Source: Chloroflexota bacterium
GTDB taxonomy: Bacteria; Chloroflexota; Anaerolineae; Anaerolineales; UBA4823
Direction of reading: 5' to 3'
DNA: 64,000 nucleotides
Assembly: GCA_029265355.1 (NCBI GenBank)
Contig: JAJUJL010000002.1
Location: forward strand, 152,879 to 216,878
A program made the position numbers and the translations under genes. Within the stretch, counting starts at the first letter, position 1, and the number at the start of each line of letters is the position of its first letter. The notes beneath the pieces were generated by a model. The model was not told the DNA's origin and searched no databases. It worked only from the letters and a program-made list of their open reading frames with translations. Shown here piece after piece: positions 47,687-58,846 of this stretch.

Positions 47687-50600
47687 ATGCCTTCACGATT
47701 GAAATCGCTTGAATTGCACGGCTACAAGACCTTTGCCAGCCGTACGTTGTTCGAATTCTCCTCCAGGGTGACTGCAATTGTCGGCCCAAACGGCTCCGGC
47801 AAATCAAATATTGCGGATAGCTTGCGTTGGGTATTGGGTGAGCAATCCTACAGCTTGCTGAGGGGCAAAAAGACAGAAGATATGATCTTCTCTGGCTCAG
47901 AGCAGCGCACCCGAGCTGGGATGGCCTCAGCAACAGTAATATTTGATAACAGTGATGGATGGCTGCCAATCGATTTCAACGAGGTGGCGATCACACGCAG
48001 GGCCTATCGTGATGGCACCAATGAATACCTGGTCAATGGGCAAAAAGTGCGCTTGCGAGATGTTTCTGAGTTATTGGCGCAATCCGGGTTGGCGGAGCGC
48101 ACCTACACGATCATTGGTCAGGGTGTCGTTGATGCAGCTCTGGCGCTCAAAGCGGAGGAGCGTCGCAGGCTGTTTGAGGAAGCTGCTGGGATTGGTCTGC
48201 ACCGCAGCAGGCGAGAAGAGGCGCTGCGCCGGCTGGAAATCACCCGGCGAAATATTGAACGGGTGGAGGATATCCTGGCAGAGCTGCAACCGCGGTTGCG
48301 CAGCCTGGAACGTCAGGCACGGCGCTTACAGGAATACGAACAGGTTCGCGCGGATTTGCAGGTTTTGCTGCGTGAGTGGTATGGGTATCATTGGCACCGC
48401 GCTCAAGAGGAATTACTCAGTATGCGCGAGATCGCTCGCGAACGGGAAACAGCATTAGAGCGCATTCGCCAGGAGCAAGCCGGGTACGAGGAGAAAATAT
48501 CTAGCCAGCGCGAAGCCAATCAAGCACTGAGATCTCAGCTGAACGCCTGGCACAGGGAATTATCCCAACTGCACCTGGAGCGAGAAAAGCATAACCGAGA
48601 GGAAGCAGTCTCTGAGGAGCGCAGGCGGTCGCTGGTGGATCAGCTTGAGCAACTGCAGCGCGAAAACGCTCACCTGGATGAAGAATGTGAGATACACCAA
48701 GAAGCGCTCTCCCGCAGCGCACAAGAGGTGGCCCGCCTGGAAGTTGAATTGCAAGACGCCCGCCAGCAGGTCGAGAGGGCTTCCCGTGATTTGCAGGCGC
48801 GCGCTGCTGAGCGCTCGCAGGCGGAGCGAGCTTTGCAGCAAGCACGGCAGTTACTGTCTGAAAAGCTTTCCAAGCAGGGGCAAGCCAATGCCCGCCTCAA
48901 TGAGCTCCAATCACAACTGAAGAGGGCGGAAGAAGCGCTACACACAGCAGAGCAGACGCTGGTTGAGGCGCGTGCGGCTCGCCAGACTGCCAGGGATAAT
49001 CTGGAGGCCGCCTCCAACGCTTCCCAACAGGCTGTCGAAGCGCGTGCCCATGCCGAGGCTGCTCTTTCACAGATCCGCCAGAAATTGACACAGCTCGAGG
49101 GCGAGCGTAAAAAGCTCCTGGAACAGCACAACGCCCTGTCCACAGAAACCGCTCGACTGAAAACACAAATTGACGTACTGGACCAGGCGGAAGCCGCGCT
49201 TTCAGGCTACAGTGATGGGGCGCAGGCGTTGATCAAAGCGATGAAGCAAGCCTCGTTGAAATCAGCTCAGGGAGCCCTGAGCAGTCTCCTGCAGGTACCA
49301 GATCGTTACGAAATAGCGCTGGCAGCGGCTTTGGGTGAATTTTTGGATGCCATGCTCTTGGAGAACTCCAGCGGTGTGGATCCCGCGCTAGATTTGTTGA
49401 GTCACAAAGCTGTGCGGGGTGTGGTCGTGCCGCTGGATGAGCTCTCAAGAAATAGTCCTCCAAAAACAACGATCGAGGTCAGTGGCGGAATCGGTTGGGC
49501 GCTTGATTTGATCCAAATGCAGCCCGAGGCGCGCCCTGTGTTGGAATTGCTGCTGGCTCACACGATGATTGTGGAAGATCGCTCAGCAGCCCACAATTTT
49601 ATCCGGGCAGCACGTCGCTCGGATCAGTCACTGTGGGGTGTGCGCGCTGTGACGCTGAAAGGCGAGGTGTTTCATGCCGGAGGCCCGATCATCTATGGTG
49701 CGCCAGCCCGCCCAGCGACGCTCAGCAGACCCCGGCAGCGCAGGGAGCTGGTGGAGAAGTATCGGCTCGCTGAAGAACAGTTGAAAGCTGTCAATGAGAA
49801 ACTGGCTCAATCACAGTCTCTCATCGAACAATTCCGGGAGCAAGGCATACAGGCAGAGCAGATCCGCGATACCGCAGTTCGTCATCAGGAAAAGACGTAT
49901 CAAACTCTGGAAAGCCAACGTGTCGCTCTGGAGGGCGCAACTCGCCAGATTGAGTGGGTAGAGAAGCAGCGCAGCGCGCTCATCACGCAACAGAATGATG
50001 CCCGGTCTCAGGTCGAAAGATTGACTAACGTGCTCGCGGAATCGGAAAAGGAGATCGTCGAAGCCAGGGAAAAGGTTCGCCAATGCAGCATACGCCTTGG
50101 CGAGCTGGCGTTGGACGAACTCCAGGCAGAAGCTGCACACTGGGCTACGCTGGCGGAAGTGGCTCAGAAAACGTTAGTGGAAGCGAGCCAGCGACGCTCT
50201 GAACGCCTGACTTTGCAGCAGCGCGCACAAGCGGCAATCCGGGAGAATCATGCTCGCGTCGCTAACATACAGCAGGCCCTGCAAGATTTGGAAGCTGCCA
50301 GGATGGAGCGGAAATCCATCGCAGGCCAGTTAGCGGAACAAATATCAAAACTCAATGCCTTGATCGAACCCGCTGAGGCGCGGTTGGCTGCGGCAGAGAG
50401 CGAGCTGGAAAAACAGCTCAGCGCAGAGAGCGCTGTGCGCCATGCTGCCAGCCAGGCTGAACACCTTCACGCCCAGGCAAGGATCAACCTGGCAAAAAAA
50501 CAGGAAGCTCTGGATACATGGCGGAGAAGAATCGAAGATGATTTTGGATTGGTGGCGTTCGAGTACGAGGCTGATCTAACGGGGCCGACGCCGTTGCCGC

Positions 50601-51316
50601 TAGAAGGTATGGTGGAGCAGTTGCCGCGGGTAACCCGCCTGGCGCCTGAGATCGAGGAGAATGTGCGCCGGCAGCGCGCCCAATTGCGCCGCATGGGGCC
50701 TATCAACCCAGAAGCGCAGGCAGAATACCAGGAAGTCAGAGAGCGCTACAATTTCATGACAGAACAAGTGGCCGATCTGCACAAGGCTGAGACGGATGTG
50801 CGCGAGGTGATCGCAGAGCTGGATGAGCTGATGCAGCGCGAACTTCGACGCACATTCGAAGCAGTCGCTGTTGAATTCAAGCAGATCTTTACGCGGTTAT
50901 TCGGTGGCGGGACAGCGCGCCTGGTGTTGACCGACCCGGATGATATGAGCAACACCGGCATTGAGATCGAAGCGCGTTTACCAGGAAGGCGCACTCAGGG
51001 GTTGTCCTTGCTTTCAGGCGGCGAAAGGAGCCTGACAGCGACTTCGTTGATCTTTGCTTTATTAAAGGTGTCACCCACGCCATTTTGTGTGCTTGATGAA
51101 GTGGATGCCATGCTGGACGAGGCCAATGTTGGACGTTTTCGGGATATTTTGAGCGAGTTCAGTCAAAATACGCAATTTATCGTTGTCACCCACAATCGCA
51201 ACACAGTGCAGGTCGCTGATGTGATCTATGGGGTCACCATGGGTCGTGACTCTGCCAGCCAAGTGATCAGCTTAAAATTGGATGAGGTAGAGAAGGTTGT
51301 CGCGGTAGAGCAGTGA
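47687..51316 (+). CDS. smc: Chromosome segregation protein SMC
   Basis: GPNGSGKSN, coiled coils, hinge, LSGGE and LDEVDAMLD. Confidence 0.97.
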   Translation: MPSRLKSLELHGYKTFASRTLFEFSSRVTAIVGPNGSGKSNIADSLRWVLGEQSYSLLRGKKTEDMIFSGSEQRTRAGMASATVIFDNSDGWLPIDFNEVAITRRAYRDGTNEYLVNGQKVRLRDVSELLAQSGLAERTYTIIGQGVVDAALALKAEERRRLFEEAAGIGLHRSRREEALRRLEITRRNIERVEDILAELQPRLRSLERQARRLQEYEQVRADLQVLLREWYGYHWHRAQEELLSMREIARERETALERIRQEQAGYEEKISSQREANQALRSQLNAWHRELSQLHLEREKHNREEAVSEERRRSLVDQLEQLQRENAHLDEECEIHQEALSRSAQEVARLEVELQDARQQVERASRDLQARAAERSQAERALQQARQLLSEKLSKQGQANARLNELQSQLKRAEEALHTAEQTLVEARAARQTARDNLEAASNASQQAVEARAHAEAALSQIRQKLTQLEGERKKLLEQHNALSTETARLKTQIDVLDQAEAALSGYSDGAQALIKAMKQASLKSAQGALSSLLQVPDRYEIALAAALGEFLDAMLLENSSGVDPALDLLSHKAVRGVVVPLDELSRNSPPKTTIEVSGGIGWALDLIQMQPEARPVLELLLAHTMIVEDRSAAHNFIRAARRSDQSLWGVRAVTLKGEVFHAGGPIIYGAPARPATLSRPRQRRELVEKYRLAEEQLKAVNEKLAQSQSLIEQFREQGIQAEQIRDTAVRHQEKTYQTLESQRVALEGATRQIEWVEKQRSALITQQNDARSQVERLTNVLAESEKEIVEAREKVRQCSIRLGELALDELQAEAAHWATLAEVAQKTLVEASQRRSERLTLQQRAQAAIRENHARVANIQQALQDLEAARMERKSIAGQLAEQISKLNALIEPAEARLAAAESELEKQLSAESAVRHAASQAEHLHAQARINLAKKQEALDTWRRRIEDDFGLVAFEYEADLTGPTPLPLEGMVEQLPRVTRLAPEIEENVRRQRAQLRRMGPINPEAQAEYQEVRERYNFMTEQVADLHKAETDVREVIAELDELMQRELRRTFEAVAVEFKQIFTRLFGGGTARLVLTDPDDMSNTGIEIEARLPGRRTQGLSLLSGGERSLTATSLIFALLKVSPTPFCVLDEVDAMLDEANVGRFRDILSEFSQNTQFIVVTHNRNTVQVADVIYGVTMGRDSASQVISLKLDEVEKVVAVEQ

Positions 51317-51335
51317 TGAGAGCATACCCTGATTG

Positions 51336-52742
51336 ATGGCTAAGGACAAAGATCCGGCAGATTTGATCATCATTGGGGGAGGACTGGCAGGCAGCGAAGC
51401 AGCCTGGCAAGCGGCGCAGCGCGGCTTGAGTGTTCACTTATATGAGATGCGCCCAAGCAAGCAAACAGGCGCGCACACTGGCGCGGACCTGGCAGAGCTG
51501 GTGTGCTCGAATTCGCTTGGATCTGACCTGGGCGACCGGGCGCCGGGGTTGTTGAAAGCCGAGCTGCGCAAAATGGGGTCGCTGTTGCTGCGTGTAGCTG
51601 ATGAATACCGTTTGCCAGCCGGCGCAGCGTTGGCGGTCGATCGGGAGGGCTTCGCCCAGCGAGTGACCCAAGTCCTGAGCAGCCATCCTCGCATCACGGT
51701 GGTCAGGGAGGAAGTGCGGGAAATACCCCATTATCCGACTATCATTGCTTCTGGCCCTCTGACATCCTCCTCTCTGGCGGCAGCCATTCAGCAACTGACC
51801 GGTAACCAGCATCTATATTTCTTCGATGCCATCGCGCCCATCGTAACGCGCGAGTCTATCAACATGAATATCGCCTACCGAGCATCCCGCTATGACACCG
51901 GCGAGCAGGCTGATGGCGACTATATCAATTGTCCCTTCTCACGAGATGAGTACTACGCGTTTGTCGATGCCTTATTGGGAGCGCAACGCATCGATCTGAA
52001 AGATTTCGAAAAGCTGTTGGAACAGGGCGTCGATGCAGGTGCTCACCAATTTTTCGAGGGATGCCTACCCATAGAGATACTCGCAGGGCGGGGCAAAGAT
52101 GCGCTGCGTTATGGACCGATGCGGCCAGTCGGTTTGAAACACCCCGTTACAGGGAAATGGCCTTTTGCCGTTTTGCAACTGCGCCAGGATAACCTGGCAG
52201 GGAGCCTCTACAACCTGGTTGGATTCCAGACGAACCTGACTTTCTCTGAGCAGAAACGCGTCTTCCGTATGGTGCCAGGTTTAGAAAACGCTGAATTTGC
52301 GCGTTTTGGTCAGATGCACCGCAATACCTTTATATTTTCACCCGCTTATCTGAAGCCCAGCCTGCAATTCCAGACGCGCAGTGACTTGTGGTTTGCAGGT
52401 CAAATCACGGGTGTGGAGGGGTATGCCGGCAATATTGCGACCGGTTTGCTGGCAGGATGGAACGCAGCGCGCCATCACTTCGGCTTGCCACCGCTTATCC
52501 TCCCGGAGACAACGATGCTGGGGGCTTTATGCCATTACATTACGCACGCCTCCCCAGCCGATTTCCAGCCAATGAAAGCGAACTTCGGCATTTTGCCGCC
52601 CTTAGAGCCGCCCATTCCAAAAGGCAGGCGTGAACGCGGTGCAGCTTACGCCTTGCGCTCCCTGTCTGAGCTGGATCAGCTCCTCGATCGAACTGCGAAC
52701 GAGGAATCTGAATTTTTAACGGATCAGCGACGCCTGTTCTGA
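51336..52742 (+). CDS. trmFO: Folate/FAD-dependent tRNA m5U54 methyltransferase
   Basis: [38 protein letters not shown] and FQPMKANFG. Confidence 0.96.
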   Translation: MAKDKDPADLIIIGGGLAGSEAAWQAAQRGLSVHLYEMRPSKQTGAHTGADLAELVCSNSLGSDLGDRAPGLLKAELRKMGSLLLRVADEYRLPAGAALAVDREGFAQRVTQVLSSHPRITVVREEVREIPHYPTIIASGPLTSSSLAAAIQQLTGNQHLYFFDAIAPIVTRESINMNIAYRASRYDTGEQADGDYINCPFSRDEYYAFVDALLGAQRIDLKDFEKLLEQGVDAGAHQFFEGCLPIEILAGRGKDALRYGPMRPVGLKHPVTGKWPFAVLQLRQDNLAGSLYNLVGFQTNLTFSEQKRVFRMVPGLENAEFARFGQMHRNTFIFSPAYLKPSLQFQTRSDLWFAGQITGVEGYAGNIATGLLAGWNAARHHFGLPPLILPETTMLGALCHYITHASPADFQPMKANFGILPPLEPPIPKGRRERGAAYALRSLSELDQLLDRTANEESEFLTDQRRLF

Positions 52743-52767
52743 TGCTTTTGAATGGATCTCATGAATC

Positions 52768-53799
52768 ATGGATAGCAAAACACGCTCTGCAGCGAAATTT
52801 TGGTTGCGTTGGTCGCTACTCCTGGCCGCGTTGCTTGCACTGGGTTTAGCTCTTGCTGCATTATTCAGGCAGAATGGGGAGCGAATTAGCGTATCGGGAT
52901 CCTCCGCAACGGCTCAGCGTGAGGACCATTCTCTGCCTTCTGCATCCATCACGTCATCGCGGGTCACTCCGACTCCGCCCCCCGCGACCCCAACGCCTCC
53001 AAAGCAGTTCGATGGGCAGAAAGCCTGGGAAGATGTGGTTTTCCAGGTCAATTTGGGGGCGCGGATACCCGGATCTGAGGCGCATGATAAGGTCGTAGAG
53101 TGGATGGTTGCAGAACTTGAGAGAGCAAACTGGCAGGTGGAAATTCAAGAGACCGAATTTTCTGGAAAGGAAATCAAGAATGTGATCGCCCGGCGTGGCC
53201 AGGGTTTTCCCTGGTACATCTTGGGAGCGCATTACGACTCTCGCCTGGTTGCAGACCGAGAAGCGGAACCGTCGAAACGAAGCCAGCCTGTTCCAGGAGC
53301 AAATGATGGGGCGTCGGGGGTGGCGGTTTTGCTCGAGCTGGCCCGCTCTCTCCCCAATGACTTACCTGGGCAGCTCTGGATTGTGCTTTTCGATCTGGAA
53401 GATAACGGCAACCTGCCGGAGTACGAATGGATCATGGGATCACAGGCCTTTGTCACGCAACTGCCTGGTAAACCCGATGGGGCGATTATCATTGACATGG
53501 TTGGCGACGCTGATCAGCAGATCTATCTCGAGGGGAACTCCGATCCTAACCTGGCGGCACAAATTTGGGAAGTCGCAGAACGGCAAGGCTATGCCGACCG
53601 TTTCATCCCAGAGTTGAAGCACACGATCATCGATGATCATTTGCCTTTTATCCGGGCGGGAATCCCGGCGGTGGATATTATTGACTTCGATTATCCCTAC
53701 TGGCACACCACACAAGACACTGCGGATAAGGTTTCACCTGAAAGTTTGACGGCTGTGGGCGATACTTTAATCACCTGGTTGAAAGAAACATTGCGTTAA
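52768..53799 (+). CDS. M28 family metallopeptidase / glutaminyl-cyclase-like, membrane-anchored
   Basis: GAHYDSR, GANDGASG, FDLED, DMVGD, DDH and WHT; N-terminal TM with a Pro/Thr linker. Confidence 0.85.
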   Translation: MDSKTRSAAKFWLRWSLLLAALLALGLALAALFRQNGERISVSGSSATAQREDHSLPSASITSSRVTPTPPPATPTPPKQFDGQKAWEDVVFQVNLGARIPGSEAHDKVVEWMVAELERANWQVEIQETEFSGKEIKNVIARRGQGFPWYILGAHYDSRLVADREAEPSKRSQPVPGANDGASGVAVLLELARSLPNDLPGQLWIVLFDLEDNGNLPEYEWIMGSQAFVTQLPGKPDGAIIIDMVGDADQQIYLEGNSDPNLAAQIWEVAERQGYADRFIPELKHTIIDDHLPFIRAGIPAVDIIDFDYPYWHTTQDTADKVSPESLTAVGDTLITWLKETLR

Positions 53800-53838
53800 C
53801 GTTGGCAAAACGCATGATTTATCGTAAACTATAATTAT

Positions 53839-55107
53839 ATGCAAGTGTTACAAGCGCTGCACTCCATTCGCACCATCTGGACTAAAAAGGTTGCCGCGCG
53901 CCTGGCGCGAGGAGAAGGGGTGCGCTCCAGTTTTCAGGAAGAGATTGACCGGTTTTATGACTTGCTGCTGCAAGCGGTGGAAAGCGGTGATCCTGCCTGG
54001 TTGGAGTCATTGATGGATGGCTGGGTGAATGCGCGACCAGAGAGCGACCTGGAACAGGAGACCGGCAGCGTTCCATCTGTTCTGAGGGAGCTGTTGCTGC
54101 TTTTTTATGAAACTTCCTTTGAAGGCTTACCCCCTCAGGAAGCCTTGGAGACGCTCGGGGCTTTGCTGCCGGTGATCACCCATGCCATCACTTACGCCGC
54201 CGCAAAAGAATCGCAACAACATGTGGAGCATGTTTCACAGCAACTCGAGACAGCGCGGATGAGCCTGGAGCGGCTGGATCGCAGTAAAAGCGATTTCATT
54301 GCCATCGCTGCTCATGAGCTCAAGACGCCCTTGACTTTGATCGAAGGTTATACCGCTATGCTGAGGGATAGCCTGCGAACGGATGACGCCCAAAGCAAGG
54401 TGCTGCTCAAAGGCATCGACAATGGCGCACATCGGCTGCGAGAAATCGTCGATGACATGATCGATGTGTCACTGATCGATAACAATTTGTTATCGCTGAA
54501 TTATCAACCGGTGTGGTTGAACCGATTGTTGGATATTATCCAGCACGAATTTCACTCGATCATCGAAGAGCGACGCATCTCGTTCACTGTGCGCAATTTT
54601 CCCGGCAGTGACGAGATGAATTTCGGCGATTCAGAGCGCTTGTACCAGGCATTTCGCAACTTGATTGTCAATGCGATCAAGTACACTCCAGATGGGGGTT
54701 GGATCGAAGTCAACGGGCGCAAATTGCCTGGTTTTATCGAGGTGACCATCCAAGATAGCGGCATCGGCATTGCTCCCGAAGATCACCTGCGCATCTTTGA
54801 AAAATTTGGTCGCATTGGAAGCGTATCGCTGCATTCCAGCGGCAAAACCAAGTTCAAGGGAGGTGGCCCGGGGCTTGGCTTACCGATTACAAAAGGCATC
54901 ATCGAAGCGCATGGCGGGGCTATCTGGGTGGAATCGGAAGGTTATGACGACGAGCGCTATCCAGGGTCTACTTTCCATGTGCTGTTGCCCATCCGAAGCG
55001 AGCCGCCGGATGATAAAATGGCGCGATTATTTAAAGCGTCTCTTCAATCAGATGGCTCTGAGATGTTGCGCTATGACCCGTCTCACGGAAGCGAAATCAA
55101 TCATTAA
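53839..55107 (+). CDS. Cytoplasmic sensor histidine kinase (helical N-domain + HisKA + HATPase_c)
   Basis: AHELKTPL, NAIKYT, DSGIGI and GPGLGL; no TM segment. Confidence 0.9.
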   Translation: MQVLQALHSIRTIWTKKVAARLARGEGVRSSFQEEIDRFYDLLLQAVESGDPAWLESLMDGWVNARPESDLEQETGSVPSVLRELLLLFYETSFEGLPPQEALETLGALLPVITHAITYAAAKESQQHVEHVSQQLETARMSLERLDRSKSDFIAIAAHELKTPLTLIEGYTAMLRDSLRTDDAQSKVLLKGIDNGAHRLREIVDDMIDVSLIDNNLLSLNYQPVWLNRLLDIIQHEFHSIIEERRISFTVRNFPGSDEMNFGDSERLYQAFRNLIVNAIKYTPDGGWIEVNGRKLPGFIEVTIQDSGIGIAPEDHLRIFEKFGRIGSVSLHSSGKTKFKGGGPGLGLPITKGIIEAHGGAIWVESEGYDDERYPGSTFHVLLPIRSEPPDDKMARLFKASLQSDGSEMLRYDPSHGSEINH

Positions 55108-55122
55108 TCCGTCACACACTCT

Positions 55123-56448
55123 ATGACAAAGAAACAACCCGAACCCACGATCCGCCCGCGAGAAAGAGCATTTTTGGTCGGAGCGGAGATTTATGGTCAA
55201 GCTGAATTGCTGACGCTCGAAGATTCACTGAACGAGCTCGAGCTTTTGGCCAGCACGGCTGGCTTGCAGGTTGTTGGACAAGCCACGCAGAAGCTGGATG
55301 CGCCAAACCCGGCGACTTTCATCGGGCCAGGGAAAGTGGAAGAGGTCAAAGCCCTGGTGGAAGAGACCCAGGCCGAAGTGGTCTTGTTCGATGAAGAATT
55401 ATCTCCCCGGCATTTGCGAGAGCTGGAAAAAATATTTGGGGAAAAAGTGCGCATTTTGGACCGTACAGCACTGATTCTGGATATCTTCGCCCAACACGCT
55501 GCAACTCGTGAAGGCTCATTACAAGTCGAACTGGCGCAGTATGAATATCGGCTGCCACGCCTGACGCGCGCCTGGACACACCTGGCGCGCCAGGCGGGCG
55601 GTGGAGGTGGTCGTTCTGGCAGCGTTGGCGGAGTTGGATTGCGCGGCCCGGGTGAGACGCAGCTAGAAGTCGATCGCCGTGACATCCGCCGGCGAATCAG
55701 CCACTTGAAGCAAGAGTTGGAGAAAGTGCGCACGCACCGGCAGCAATACCGCGCGCGTCGCAAACGATCTCAGATACCGGTGGTTGCCCTGGTTGGTTAT
55801 ACCAATGCTGGGAAGTCAACCTTGCTCAATCACCTAGCCAAGGCAGATGTCTACGTTGCCGACCAGTTGTTCGCCACGCTGGATCCGACTACCCGCAGGG
55901 TGGAGCTGCCGGGAGGCAACCTGGCGCTATTCACAGATACGGTCGGTTTCATTCAAAAATTGCCCACCGCTTTGGTGGCGGCTTTCCGGGCTACGCTGGA
56001 AGAAATCACCGAGGCCGATTTGCTGCTGCATGTGGTGGACGTCACCCATTCGAACGCTAAAGCGCAGGCTGAGTCTGTACACCAGACCCTGGCTGAGATC
56101 GGCGCAGATCACATACCGGTGTTGACCGCGCTCAATAAAATCGACCGCTTGATGGACCCTGAAAAAGCGCGCAGCGTGTTGGAGAGCTATGCACGTTCGG
56201 TAGCTATCTCTGCATTGAGGGGTGATGGGATCGCTGACCTGTTACAGGTTGTGAATGAGCTGCTCTACGAGACTTATACCCAGGTGATGGTAAGGCTGCC
56301 GTTCACTGAAGGCAGTTTGATCGCGCAGTTCCATGAACTGGGTCAGGTGGAACGATTTGAACAACAGCACGGGGGGGTGTTGATCCAGGGACGCCTGCCT
56401 GGCAGGCTATTGGCGCGCTACCAGGCGTATTTGGTTAGCCAGGGATAA
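55123..56448 (+). CDS. hflX: Ribosome-splitting GTPase HflX
   Basis: LILDIFAQHA, RGPGETQLE, GYTNAGKST, LFATLDPT, DTVGF and NKID. Confidence 0.97.
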   Translation: MTKKQPEPTIRPRERAFLVGAEIYGQAELLTLEDSLNELELLASTAGLQVVGQATQKLDAPNPATFIGPGKVEEVKALVEETQAEVVLFDEELSPRHLRELEKIFGEKVRILDRTALILDIFAQHAATREGSLQVELAQYEYRLPRLTRAWTHLARQAGGGGGRSGSVGGVGLRGPGETQLEVDRRDIRRRISHLKQELEKVRTHRQQYRARRKRSQIPVVALVGYTNAGKSTLLNHLAKADVYVADQLFATLDPTTRRVELPGGNLALFTDTVGFIQKLPTALVAAFRATLEEITEADLLLHVVDVTHSNAKAQAESVHQTLAEIGADHIPVLTALNKIDRLMDPEKARSVLESYARSVAISALRGDGIADLLQVVNELLYETYTQVMVRLPFTEGSLIAQFHELGQVERFEQQHGGVLIQGRLPGRLLARYQAYLVSQG

Positions 56449-56454
56449 TATAGT

Positions 56455-56661
56455 ATGGAAGCTCTCAGCCGCTTGCTCGATCGACTGTCGGATTATTTCG
56501 CCCACCGCAAAGGTTTGATCCCGCTGATCGGTATCGTGTTGGTCGGAGCGAACTATATTCTGCAGTTTCTGTCCACCGGATGGGTGGTGGAGAGCGATTT
56601 GCTGCTGCATCTGGGTGTTGTTGTGGCGTTGCTTGGCTTTATGTTGGCCTGGGCGCTGTGA
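56455..56661 (+). CDS. Small two-TM hypothetical protein
   Basis: Directly follows hflX and has two hydrophobic helices. Confidence 0.7.
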   Translation: MEALSRLLDRLSDYFAHRKGLIPLIGIVLVGANYILQFLSTGWVVESDLLLHLGVVVALLGFMLAWAL

Positions 56662-56713
56662 TTAAAAAAGTTGGAGTGGTCGAGCACGCTTCGAACACTC
56701 CCTGTCTGTGAAC

Positions 56714-56788
<75 letters not shown>

Positions 56789-56842
56789 GAGCGGCAATAA
56801 TTTTACCATAGTTGTATTCAGGTCTGGGTTATTGATTGCTTG

Positions 56843-57772
56843 TTAATGCGGCTTGGCGCCTGCCTGGACAAAATAGCCGCAGGCCAGCAAGACGGCGCCG
56901 CCCAAAATCTGGTGCCATTGGACAGCCTCACCAAGCAAAAGTAGCTGAAGCAGAACAACGCAAATGGGCTCCAGGAGCAGGATGATGCTGGCGACCGATG
57001 CCTCCAGGTGTTTTAACCCATTGTAAAGCAGGATGTATGGGGTTGCTGTTCCAACCAGACCGAGGCTGAGCAAAAGCAATAGCGATTGGGTAGTCCAGGA
57101 GACTTTCCAGAGCTGTGCGTCGCCGGGGAATGCCAGCCAGGCCAACACTCCGCAGAGCACACCCCACAATGCGGCCGACAGCAGAGCTTGTTCAAGGCCG
57201 ACCAGGGGAAAGCGCTGGTGCAGCGCTGCGCTGCGCCTGCCCAGGATGGGGATGGTCGCGGTTGCCAGCGCATTCGCCAGCGCAAACAGGTCGCCTGGCT
57301 GAAAGATGTACAGCTCTGAAATGTTCCAGAATCCGACAGAGATCAGCACACCCGCCACTGCACCGAGGACTGCCAGGATTTTGCGGCGCGTCAGCCGCTC
57401 ATGTAGCACAAGCCGCGCCAATATTGCGGTGATGATGGGGCTGGTATAGATGATCAGGATGGCTTTTACAGGCGGGGTGCCAAGGTTGATCGAAGCGGTA
57501 TAGGTGGTGAATGCCAGGAATAGCACCAAACCGCTGGCTGCCGCCAACCCTCGCCTGGCAGGATCAAGGTGGAATGCATCATTGGATGGCGATTGGAACG
57601 ATCGATTCCAGAGGAGGAGCGCCGCCGTCCCCACCAGCAATCGCGCGGCGAGCTGTGCGCCAATGCCCAATTCCAAACTGCTGGCTTCCCGAAACATAAT
57701 GGGAAGCAAGCTGATCGTGGCTGCCGCAGACGCAATCAGAATCACCCCACGCTGGTGGGTTTCGGCGTTCAT
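56843..57772 (-). CDS. DMT/EamA family transporter
   Basis: About 10 TMs; LHERLTRRK and ASIILLLEP..LLLGE motifs. Start uncertain (57772 or 57793). Confidence 0.85.
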   Translation of the reverse strand: MNAETHQRGVILIASAAATISLLPIMFREASSLELGIGAQLAARLLVGTAALLLWNRSFQSPSNDAFHLDPARRGLAAASGLVLFLAFTTYTASINLGTPPVKAILIIYTSPIITAILARLVLHERLTRRKILAVLGAVAGVLISVGFWNISELYIFQPGDLFALANALATATIPILGRRSAALHQRFPLVGLEQALLSAALWGVLCGVLAWLAFPGDAQLWKVSWTTQSLLLLLSLGLVGTATPYILLYNGLKHLEASVASIILLLEPICVVLLQLLLLGEAVQWHQILGGAVLLACGYFVQAGAKPH

Positions 57773-57815
57773 ATGGTCATCGCCGTTCCGCATGCTTGGG
57801 CCTGGTCCGTGTGCG

Positions 57816-58823
57816 CTACTGGATGAGCGCTGAGAGATGCATCAGCTCGGCTCGCAGGCGATGGATGGTTTCACTATTGCGATCAACCCGCTCACCCTCT
57901 TCACCCAGGTTTTGGAGTTGGTGCTTTTTGTGGGCAAGCTCGACGCATAACTGGTAGAAGCGATGGGTAATGCGGAATCGGCCTGTTCGAAGCCCGTTGA
58001 TGCGCGCCAGGCTTTGTGAACGGGCAGAGCGGGCAGTCAGAAATTGTTGCCGGGTAATTGTTCCGCGGAGAACTTCTTCTTCCAGGTGCAGAGTGATATA
58101 TTTTTTCTCGGCCAATGTAGCCCAGATAATGATGCAGAACATGAATAACCACCCGCTCCAATCCAACAGCGTTGTCACAACCAGCCCTCCCAGCCCCGAA
58201 GAAAGTTCAGCCAGTGTGTTGTGCAGCGAATGGGTGAAAACAGCCAGCCCCCAGCCAAGCGCAGGCGCGCCTAATCGCACCAACCAGGACGAGCTCAGAC
58301 GGGCGGCAGCCAGGCCAAGCCCGAAGAACGCTGTATAGAAAGGGTGCTGCCATCCCACCAGGATCACCCGGATGAAAGATAATGTGATCAATCCTGCATA
58401 CCCATTTTCGAGGAAGCCGCGATCATAGATATAGAAACTGTTCTCCGTGGCAGAGAATCCGAGTGCAGCAATGGCTGCATAGACGATGCCATCCAGGTAG
58501 GAGTCGAACTCTTTACGCCTGAATAGAAAAACCATCACCACGGCAAATCCCTTGAGTCCCTCTTCGACCAAAGGGGCGATAATCGAACCGGTGGTCAGAT
58601 CGGTTAAGTTTTCAGAACCAGAAACAAAAAAGATACCGATCCCCAAGAGGGTGTTCAGGATAAATGCAGCGCCGGCAGCGAGAATGGCGCCCCAGGTAAA
58701 GACGCCTCCTAGTAGCAGTAAAGGCTCTTTTTCATAGCGGTCCAGCCAATAGATGATAAACGCAAATATGAAAGAGGCTGAGAATCCCACCAATAGGGAG
58801 AATGCAATTCCCATATCGACCAC
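57816..58823 (-). CDS. prsW: PrsW family intramembrane metalloprotease
   Basis: DRYEKEP, APLVEEGLK, GFSATEN, HPFYT and HSLHN. Confidence 0.9.
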   Translation of the reverse strand: MVDMGIAFSLLVGFSASFIFAFIIYWLDRYEKEPLLLLGGVFTWGAILAAGAAFILNTLLGIGIFFVSGSENLTDLTTGSIIAPLVEEGLKGFAVVMVFLFRRKEFDSYLDGIVYAAIAALGFSATENSFYIYDRGFLENGYAGLITLSFIRVILVGWQHPFYTAFFGLGLAAARLSSSWLVRLGAPALGWGLAVFTHSLHNTLAELSSGLGGLVVTTLLDWSGWLFMFCIIIWATLAEKKYITLHLEEEVLRGTITRQQFLTARSARSQSLARINGLRTGRFRITHRFYQLCVELAHKKHQLQNLGEEGERVDRNSETIHRLRAELMHLSALIQ

Positions 58824-58846
58824 CCCAATAAATTCCGGATAGGTTC

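Noticed and set aside
42110-51316. ftsY separated from and inverted relative to rnc-smc
   Set aside because: Ordinary gene-order shuffling with no mobile element signature.
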